Shown here: positions 37,775 to 44,691 of the stretch, piece after piece
Layout of the letters: each line of letters begins with the position of its first letter
Numbering within the stretch: position 1 is the first letter of the stretch
Assembly (NCBI GenBank): GCA_031372065.1
Contig: JANMKN010000015.1
Coordinates: 1,683 to 65,682, forward strand
Direction of reading: 5' to 3'
Source: Abditibacteriaceae bacterium
GTDB lineage: Bacteria > Armatimonadota > Abditibacteriia > Abditibacteriales > Abditibacteriaceae
DNA length: 64,000 nt
Translations under genes and position numbers: made by a program
The notes under the pieces: model-generated
What the model was told of the DNA's origin: nothing
The model's database searches: none
Seen by the model: the letters and a program-made list of their open reading frames with translations, nothing else

Positions 37775-38713
37775 TTAAGCAATTTGAACCAGCGCATTTA
37801 ACGGATTAGCGCGGCGGCGGTCGTGAACATCTTCGACGATGCGCATTTTGAGCGCGGTGTAGTTATCCACGCCGCGTTTGACATCGTTTAGCAGCGCAGG
37901 CGCGGCCACGGCGACAAGCAGAAAATGGCTCGTTTCGTCGGTGTCGTCAATAAACTGGCGCAGCACTTCATAGACATCAAGCGCTGTGCCGCGCGAATAA
38001 CGCACCGGCGCCGCGCCGGGCAAAACAGTGGCGGTGACGGCGTTTAAATCCAGCAAAAGCGTTAGCCCGCTGTGCCCAGTTTCACGCAGCCACAAGGCCA
38101 AACTCGAAAGCAGCAGGCGCGCGTTATGGCGCGCGATTTTTCCGAAAATTTGCACGCGTTTGAGCGCCGTGAGATTATATTTTTCGCCGCACAGCCATGA
38201 TTTAATGGTGCTGGCATCGGTGGGCGCCACATTTTGCGGATTGATTTGGCCGCTGCAAAGCATCGCCATGGCAATGCGAAATTCTTTGTTGAAACGCGCA
38301 TCTTTTAGTAAATCGTTGGCGATCCAGCGTTGTGCTTCGGCCATCACATCGGTGGGCCGCAAACCGCGCGACGCGGCGCAGTCATCCAGCGAAGGCAAAC
38401 CGCTTTCGGGCAAAGCGTAACCTTGCGCGGCAAAGCGCGTGCGCAGCCAATGCACAGCCAATGCGTCCCAATCAATCTGTCGCGCGACGGCGAAAAATAT
38501 CTGGTCAATCATGTAAACGCGCGTTTGGCAGGCGTCCACACGCGCCACAACGAGATTTTGCGCCGTCGCTGTTTGCGCCACTTGGTTTAAAATATCCGCG
38601 CGGCGTTCGGGCGCAGCCACGGCAATTTTTACCGCCGCGCCGCCGCCCGGCACAAAGTCGTTGATGTATTCCTTATTCAGTAATTTGAGCCATTCGTCCA
38701 GAGAAACTTGCAT
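37775..38713 (-). CDS. Hypothetical protein, possibly a degenerate P-loop-fold partner (cassette gene B)
   Basis: Start placed at the ATG at 38713, which is preceded by AAGGA. GGGAAVKIAVAAP stands where a Walker A would be, and a hydrophobic-Asp strand (GLTLLLDLNAV) follows later. No confident family. Confidence 0.6.
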   Translation of the reverse strand: MQVSLDEWLKLLNKEYINDFVPGGGAAVKIAVAAPERRADILNQVAQTATAQNLVVARVDACQTRVYMIDQIFFAVARQIDWDALAVHWLRTRFAAQGYALPESGLPSLDDCAASRGLRPTDVMAEAQRWIANDLLKDARFNKEFRIAMAMLCSGQINPQNVAPTDASTIKSWLCGEKYNLTALKRVQIFGKIARHNARLLLSSLALWLRETGHSGLTLLLDLNAVTATVLPGAAPVRYSRGTALDVYEVLRQFIDDTDETSHFLLVAVAAPALLNDVKRGVDNYTALKMRIVEDVHDRRRANPLNALVQIA

Positions 38714-38723
38714 GAAAATCCTT

Positions 38724-39497
38724 TCACTGCGGCGGCGTAAATTTGATGGTGGAATATTCTTTTTCGGCGCCGTCGCGCGTGACAAAATGCAAACGTTTGC
38801 CTTTAGCACCTTCGCGGCTGGAAGTGCTGGAAGGCAAACTCAAGCGATAGCCCCGTTTCGTTTCGAAAATGCCACTGGTATCAAGAAAATACACATCGCG
38901 CGTGAAATCAAGCAGCGTATAATCCTTGGCCGCGCCGGGCAAAAGCGTCAGCACTTTATAAATGTCGGGCAAAGGCCGATCAATGTAATCTTCGCTTTTG
39001 GCGCCCGCGCGCAAGAGTTCGTAGGCTTCAAAAAGCGTTTCAATAAACTGGCTCGATTTGGCTTTGGGTTCTTGCGCCTGCACTTTGCGCAGCAGGGCGG
39101 CTAATACTGCTGGGCGCAAATTAAATTCGAGTTTTTTATCAATGCGCACCGCGCTAATTTCCGCTTCGGGGCGCAGTAAAACCGGATAACAGAAAATAAC
39201 GCCTTCGCGCTCGGAAAGGCGCACACCGGCATTTTGCGCTGCGTTTTGCAATTCTGCCGCGAAATCGTTAGCCAAATAAGCAGCGGCATCAAAATTAAGC
39301 GGTGCACAGTCGGCGGCTTTGGCGGCGGCGTTTTCGCCCGCATTTTGCGCCACCTGACGCAGTTTTTCCAAATCGCGCAAATTGCCCAGCGCGACGGCTT
39401 TTTCCAATTTTGCTATCGCTGCCGCCTGCTTTTTCGCCGCGTCGTGCCATGCGCGCACGGCCTGTTCGTAGTCGCTCAAAACCGGCTCTAATTTCAT
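38724..39497 (-). CDS. Hypothetical protein (cassette gene A, first gene)
   Basis: 257-aa ORF with AAGGA before its ATG. It has an Ala-rich helical N-terminal half and a mixed C-terminal half. No family recognised. Confidence 0.6.
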   Translation of the reverse strand: MKLEPVLSDYEQAVRAWHDAAKKQAAAIAKLEKAVALGNLRDLEKLRQVAQNAGENAAAKAADCAPLNFDAAAYLANDFAAELQNAAQNAGVRLSEREGVIFCYPVLLRPEAEISAVRIDKKLEFNLRPAVLAALLRKVQAQEPKAKSSQFIETLFEAYELLRAGAKSEDYIDRPLPDIYKVLTLLPGAAKDYTLLDFTRDVYFLDTSGIFETKRGYRLSLPSSTSSREGAKGKRLHFVTRDGAEKEYSTIKFTPPQ

Positions 39498-39537
39498 GTC
39501 CCTGTCCTTTTCAAGATGCCCTTTTATTTTGACATAA

Positions 39538-39600
39538 TCACGGCGCTGGTTTCAGATCATTGATTAAAAATTCGACGCTCTCGACTTTGATTCTAAGCAT
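39538..39600 (-). pseudogene. 20-codon remnant resembling the 5' end of the enolase-like gene
   Basis: Translates to MLRIKVESVEFLINDLKPAP*, compared with the enolase-like start MNLLKIKVESIKFF. The nucleotide match is the 32-nt direct repeat. Confidence 0.5.
39566..39597. repeat. Direct repeat copy 2 (32 nt)
   Basis: AAAAATTCGACGCTCTCGACTTTGATTCTAAG is 28/32 identical to 34060-34091. Confidence 0.8.
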
Positions 39601-39641
39601 AGTATGAGTGTGATGAGTAGCGTCAAGAATGGGTGCGCCAG

Positions 39642-40184
39642 CTAATAGATGAGAGACCATTTTTCATGAAGAAAAATAATCGAATAATCATTTTTCATTG
39701 ATGAAACTTTATCCAGCGGAGCTTGAATCAATGCCATTCGGTCAATCGGATATTCATCAAGCCACAAATAAACTACATCACCTTGATGGGCGCCTCCATA
39801 AATATGGAAAACCCCAGCGAACTGTGATGATGGTAGAGAATTTCCTGTTTTAACCTGTGTTGCCATTTTGTCCAAAGAGGCTTGTGTCAATTTGAAAGAT
39901 AAGCGCAAAGGCCAATGCGTCAAAAGAATCGAGGCAGTGAATGTGCAGCACAAAAGAATTATCAACCAAGTTTTCTTAGTCGCTTGGTGAGATTCACTGC
40001 ACTTAGGCGGCCCCCAAGAGTAAGGACGCGGTGCATAAGATAGTCCTACGCCAATTGTAGCAACACATAACAAGGCGACTATGACTAAAAAGACGAAAAT
40101 CGGATGAATCGCCGTCATAGATAGAAGAAATACCAAAACTGAGATGGCAATGAAGGGGATTCTTCTCCACGAAATCTTAGCCAT
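39642..40184 (-). CDS. Membrane protein of unknown function, AT-rich gene
   Basis: 180 aa with three hydrophobic helices followed by a soluble tail. No family recognised. Confidence 0.5.
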   Translation of the reverse strand: MAKISWRRIPFIAISVLVFLLSMTAIHPIFVFLVIVALLCVATIGVGLSYAPRPYSWGPPKCSESHQATKKTWLIILLCCTFTASILLTHWPLRLSFKLTQASLDKMATQVKTGNSLPSSQFAGVFHIYGGAHQGDVVYLWLDEYPIDRMALIQAPLDKVSSMKNDYSIIFLHEKWSLIY

Positions 40185-40269
40185 GAAATCTTTGACTATT
40201 CAACTTTAGCTCCGTTTTAAACAAAGCAAAATGCCCCACAAAAAGCGTTCCATTTGTGGGGCATTACTT

Positions 40270-42624
40270 TTACTTCTTCACCACGCGGGCACCGAATAAA
40301 CCTCCGGCCATCGCGCCGGGATGCGCTTGCAGCTTCACGGTGATTTTGTCGCCGCCTTCGGGCAATGGAAAAGCCATGTCGAAAAATTGGTTGGGCTTGT
40401 TGTTGTCGAGGCGAATCGTGCCGACATTTTTGCCGTTGATTAACACATCGAAGACGCGATTGCCGCTTTCGCTGCCCCAGAAAGTGAGAATCAAATCGGA
40501 GGCGGCTGCGGGCGTTTTCATGTCAAAGGAAAACCAGCCGCCGTCGCGTGCATCGCGCCATTTGCGGTTGTTGAAATCGCCCGCAGTGGATTTATCGCTT
40601 TGCACATTGTGGTCGCGTTCGGCTTGCATTTCGCCGGGCGAGAAAACATCAACGGTGCGCGCGGCCAGTTCTTTTTGGCGTTCTTCTGCGCTGCGATATT
40701 GCGCTTCGCGCGCTTGCCATTCCTGCGGCGTGAAAACATCGAAATAAATCGAATAACGCTCGTGACGCGTTTTGTAAAACGGCGCGAATTGCACATCGTT
40801 TGGTTTGCCTGTGCCGCTGGTTTTGAAGACAGCGACCTCGCCTTTGACGGGTTTGAGCCAGCTATCAAGCGGCTTGCTTTCGGTAATTAAAACCGGCACT
40901 TGCGGCAAATCGCCGCCTACATCGGCAGCTTGTGGGCCGTAAGTGCGCTTATCGGTGATGCCTTGTGTGCCGAGTTCACCCGCCAAAACTGTCGGGCCGT
41001 AAAACAAGGCGATACGCCTCGGATTATCGGGCATCGCTTCCTGTCGCAATTCCAAAGGCAAGGCATAGGTCACTTTGTCGCCTGCTTTCCACGAGCGTGT
41101 GACGAGCGCGTAACCGTTTTCGGTTTGGAACGCTTGCTTTTTGCCGTTGATTTTCAGCGTTGGCGAATGCGAAAGCCATGCCGGAATACGCAACCGAAAA
41201 GTGAGATTTTGCGGCTGTCCGCCGAAAGTGAAATGCACGGCGCCATCTTGCGGATATTTGGTTTCTTGCTTCAGCGTTAAACCTTTGTCCTTCCAATTCA
41301 ACTGCGAGGGGATGAACAAATTGACCCACAAATTATGCTCGTCGTGGAAGTAAATCGAATCGCTATATTTGGTGTGATTTTCGATGCCGGAGCCAACACA
41401 GCACCAAAACGAATCGAACGGCTCAGAGTAGCTTTGAAAATGACCGGGCAAGAGCGAAACGAAGTAAGTCACCATGCCGGTTTTTGGGTCTTGCGAGGCC
41501 AAAATGTGATTGTATAAGGCGCGTTCGTAATAGTCGGCGTAGTGGCCTTGCGGCTGCCACTCAAAGAGGTGCCGCGTCAGTTTCAGCATATTGTAGGTGT
41601 TGCACGTTTCGGCGGTGGCGGGGCCAAGTCGGTCATTCAAATGGTCGGGCGCGCCCAAATGCTCGCCAATGCTGTTGCCGCCCATCGCATACGAATGATG
41701 GCCGGTAATTTCCTGCCAAAAATACTTGGAAATAGTGCCGTATTTGTCATCGCCGGTCAATTCATAAAGCCGCGCCGCGCCGATGATTTTGGGAATTTGC
41801 GTATTGGAATGTTTGCCCGCAAGTTCGTCGCGCTGCGCGGCTAACGGGTCTAAAATCGCGCGGTGGTAAAACTTCTTCGATAAATCCAAATATTTCGTTT
41901 CGCCGGTGATGGCGTAAAGCTGCGCGAGGCTTTCATTCATGCCGCCGTGCTCGCAAGCTAACATTCGCTGCCATTGGTCGTCGTTTAGATTTTTGGTGAC
42001 TTCTACGGCCCAATCGCCGAGTTTGGCAACGACATCTTTAGCTTTTTGATTGCCCGCCAAATTGTGAGCATCAAGTAGGCCCGCGAAGAGTTTGTGTTGC
42101 GTATACCACGGCACCCACGCGCCGTTTAAATCGAAGCCCGCCGAGCGAATGTTACCACCCGAAACTTCCGTCCACAGTTTTTGTGCATCGGGAAAACCGC
42201 CGACGTAATTTTTCAAAACACCGTCGTATTTCGCTTGACAGAGCGCCAATTCGTCCACGATGTAATCCACGCGCTGAAGGAATTTTTCGTCGCCCGTCGC
42301 AGCATATTGCAGCGCGCAGGCCGACAAATAATGGCCTAAGGTGTGTCCCGAAATGCCGCGATTTTCCCATCCGCCATATATCGCGCCTTTAGGCGGCAAA
42401 CCGGCATATTCGCGGAAGCGGCTTAGCAATCGGTCGGGTTCGAGGTCAAGCAGGTATTTTGCGTTGCGCGTTTGGGCATCTTTGAACGGGCTGTCTAAAA
42501 GCTGCACCGCGCTGAGGGCAAAATCCTGCGCCTGCGGCGCGACTTTGGGCGCGACAACATCGCGTGATTGCGCAAAAGCGGTAGAGGAAAGCATGAGTGT
42601 GGCTCCGAGCAGAATGTATTTCAT
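40270..42624 (-). CDS. Glycoside hydrolase family 127 (DUF1680, beta-L-arabinofuranosidase-like)
   Basis: Signal peptide. The GHTLGHYLSA motif and the length and layout are typical of GH127. Confidence 0.8.
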   Translation of the reverse strand: MKYILLGATLMLSSTAFAQSRDVVAPKVAPQAQDFALSAVQLLDSPFKDAQTRNAKYLLDLEPDRLLSRFREYAGLPPKGAIYGGWENRGISGHTLGHYLSACALQYAATGDEKFLQRVDYIVDELALCQAKYDGVLKNYVGGFPDAQKLWTEVSGGNIRSAGFDLNGAWVPWYTQHKLFAGLLDAHNLAGNQKAKDVVAKLGDWAVEVTKNLNDDQWQRMLACEHGGMNESLAQLYAITGETKYLDLSKKFYHRAILDPLAAQRDELAGKHSNTQIPKIIGAARLYELTGDDKYGTISKYFWQEITGHHSYAMGGNSIGEHLGAPDHLNDRLGPATAETCNTYNMLKLTRHLFEWQPQGHYADYYERALYNHILASQDPKTGMVTYFVSLLPGHFQSYSEPFDSFWCCVGSGIENHTKYSDSIYFHDEHNLWVNLFIPSQLNWKDKGLTLKQETKYPQDGAVHFTFGGQPQNLTFRLRIPAWLSHSPTLKINGKKQAFQTENGYALVTRSWKAGDKVTYALPLELRQEAMPDNPRRIALFYGPTVLAGELGTQGITDKRTYGPQAADVGGDLPQVPVLITESKPLDSWLKPVKGEVAVFKTSGTGKPNDVQFAPFYKTRHERYSIYFDVFTPQEWQAREAQYRSAEERQKELAARTVDVFSPGEMQAERDHNVQSDKSTAGDFNNRKWRDARDGGWFSFDMKTPAAASDLILTFWGSESGNRVFDVLINGKNVGTIRLDNNKPNQFFDMAFPLPEGGDKITVKLQAHPGAMAGGLFGARVVKK

Positions 42625-42645
42625 GAGTTAATTTGGGTGGCGCCT

Positions 42646-43446
42646 TTACTTTTTCAGCAATTCGCGCGCTTTGAGTGGGTCAACGTATTTGTCGAGGTCG
42701 CGCACGGCGATGACGGTGAATTTGTTGTCGGCCAGATATTGCATTTCGGCGGTAAAGGTGTCGGGCGGCGTGTTGACCCACGGATGAGTGTATTCGGGCA
42801 CGCCATGATAAATCAGCACCGTGATTTGACCATCTTTGGCTTGCGCCACGGCTTTTTGAAAGGCATCCTGGGTGTCGCCGTGCGCATTAAAGCCGGGCAA
42901 AAGCAGCGGGTCGTCAACAGCGGGGCGATAGGTGCGCTCGAATCCGGCGCGGCCAAAAAGATAGCCGCGTTCTTGCAAAACTGGCAATGCAGCGGCGCTG
43001 GTGGCGTAGCCGGGATAGCAAAACGTCGTCGGGCGGGGGATGTCGTTTTCGGCGCAGCGTTTTTCGATGTATTCCAGTTCTTCTTTTAATTGCGCTTCGT
43101 TCAGCCCATTCACAGCGCGATGATGTCCGGTGTGATTGCCGACTTCAAAACCCATTGTGTGCAATGATTTAATCTGTTCCCACGTCATGTATTGCTGCTT
43201 GTTGGTGGCGAAATCGGGCGGAAACTCGCACACATAAAACGACGCGCCGAAGCCAAATTTTTTCAAAAGCGGCGCTACGAAAGTGGCGTGATCGCTTACC
43301 GCATCGTCGAAACTCAGCACCACAAGTTTGTCGGGAACCGCTTGCCTCAGCGCTGCCGCTAAAGGTTTTGCGGCGGGTTCATCGGCGCTGATAACCTGCG
43401 GAGTGACGGTTAAAGCCGCCAGTAAAAGAAAAGGGATGATTTTCAT
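42646..43446 (-). CDS. Secreted polysaccharide deacetylase (CE4-like)
   Basis: Start moved to the ATG at 43446 (MKIIPFLLLAALTVTPQVISA). LSFDDAV and HTGHH motifs are present. Confidence 0.7.
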   Translation of the reverse strand: MKIIPFLLLAALTVTPQVISADEPAAKPLAAALRQAVPDKLVVLSFDDAVSDHATFVAPLLKKFGFGASFYVCEFPPDFATNKQQYMTWEQIKSLHTMGFEVGNHTGHHRAVNGLNEAQLKEELEYIEKRCAENDIPRPTTFCYPGYATSAAALPVLQERGYLFGRAGFERTYRPAVDDPLLLPGFNAHGDTQDAFQKAVAQAKDGQITVLIYHGVPEYTHPWVNTPPDTFTAEMQYLADNKFTVIAVRDLDKYVDPLKARELLKK

Positions 43447-43460
43447 GATTGATTTGAGAA

Positions 43461-44594
43461 TTACGGCAGCTTCTGGAAAATATCGCCGTCCGCGCCGTTT
43501 ACAACGTGCGTTTTTTCGATTTTTCCGGTTGCCAAACTGCGGCATGGCGCCGCAAAAGTGATGCTCGACGGTTTGTGGCCCGGCGCGTTGTAAACAGCGG
43601 TGCCGTTTTGAAATTCGCGCCGCCACAAAACGCCGTTGCCGCTGCCCGATGCCAAAGGACGGCCCAGCGATTTTTCCCAGAATTCATACCAATTGTGCGC
43701 GTGATCGGGCGTTGGAAGCTCGTTCGGGTCGGAAAACAGGCAATAACCGTCGCTGTGCGTGAGCGCCAATGTGGTGGTGGCGCGCATCAAATGGAAGTCG
43801 TCGCGCGAAGTTTGATACCACGTTTCCAAGCAGTTGACGCGCGGCGTTCGCAGATTCGCTTCGGCCCACAAAAGCGTTTCGCTAATGCGCTGCCAATCGT
43901 CCGGCGTTTTGCTGATGTAGCATTCCATGAAAATTCCGTTGACGTAAGGCGCGCTTTGCGGCACTTGGCGATGGTTGGAGTTGACCATAATCAGCGCCTT
44001 GTCACCAATGGCGGCACGGACGCGTTTTACCAATTCGACGCGCGCAGCGTCTTCGCTCCACCAATCGAGCATCACGCCATCGCAGACGCCGCTTTCGATA
44101 ACGGCTTTGGCCTGCGCCGCGACGTGATTTTGAAAATCCGGGTTGGCATAATCCATTTGCCAATAGCCGCCTTCTTCCCAGCCGGGCACGATTTTGCCTT
44201 GCGCGTCGCGCTTCCACCATGCGCTGTTTTCGGGCAGAAAGCTCTTGTGCGCGTCGCGGTGACGAATTTCGGCTAACAGCACCATTTGCGGATTGCGCTT
44301 CAGTAAATCAGTGCGAAAATCGCGCGCTTTGACAACGCTTTCGGGCGTGAAATTTTCCGCAAGACCCTGAGGTGTTTTGTCCCAGCGCAAGCCAAAATAT
44401 TCGGGATAAGTGAAAAACAAGTCATGCCGCGCCACGCTCGTCGTCGTGTCTTCTTTCAAGCCTTGCACAGCACTCCACGCTTGAAAAACCGACGGAAAAG
44501 TGCGCTCGCCGATGCGTTTTTCCAGCGGCAACTCGTCGGCGCAGGCGCCAAACGCGAAAATGAACGGAATAAGCAAAGAAAGTGCGTTTTTCAT
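43461..44594 (-). CDS. Secreted putative glycoside-hydrolase-like TIM-barrel protein
   Basis: Signal peptide, and the gene lies among CAZyme genes. There is a weak resemblance to hypothetical glycosyl-hydrolase-like families; low certainty. Confidence 0.4.
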   Translation of the reverse strand: MKNALSLLIPFIFAFGACADELPLEKRIGERTFPSVFQAWSAVQGLKEDTTTSVARHDLFFTYPEYFGLRWDKTPQGLAENFTPESVVKARDFRTDLLKRNPQMVLLAEIRHRDAHKSFLPENSAWWKRDAQGKIVPGWEEGGYWQMDYANPDFQNHVAAQAKAVIESGVCDGVMLDWWSEDAARVELVKRVRAAIGDKALIMVNSNHRQVPQSAPYVNGIFMECYISKTPDDWQRISETLLWAEANLRTPRVNCLETWYQTSRDDFHLMRATTTLALTHSDGYCLFSDPNELPTPDHAHNWYEFWEKSLGRPLASGSGNGVLWRREFQNGTAVYNAPGHKPSSITFAAPCRSLATGKIEKTHVVNGADGDIFQKLP

Positions 44595-44691
44595 GGAATT
44601 TTATTGGACGCTGCCACGCGTCGCATGAGGCGCCGTCTAAAGTGCCGGTTATACTTTTGAGCGTCCCAGTTTGAATTTTGGAGGATTTTCT

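Noticed and set aside
34117-39497. Calling the cassette Shango, BREX or DISARM
   Set aside because: I looked for a TerB-like helical repeat protein, PglX/PglZ, BrxA/B/L and DrmA/B/C (DUF1998, PLD) and recognised none. Only the ATPase type and an SNF2 helicase overlap with those systems, so the cassette is reported as a new combination pending HMM searches.
27792-40250. Annotating the accessory segment as a prophage, ICE or transposon
   Set aside because: No integrase, transposase, terminase, capsid, relaxase or flanking tRNA is visible. Only the 32-nt direct repeats around the inner cassette hint at past mobility.
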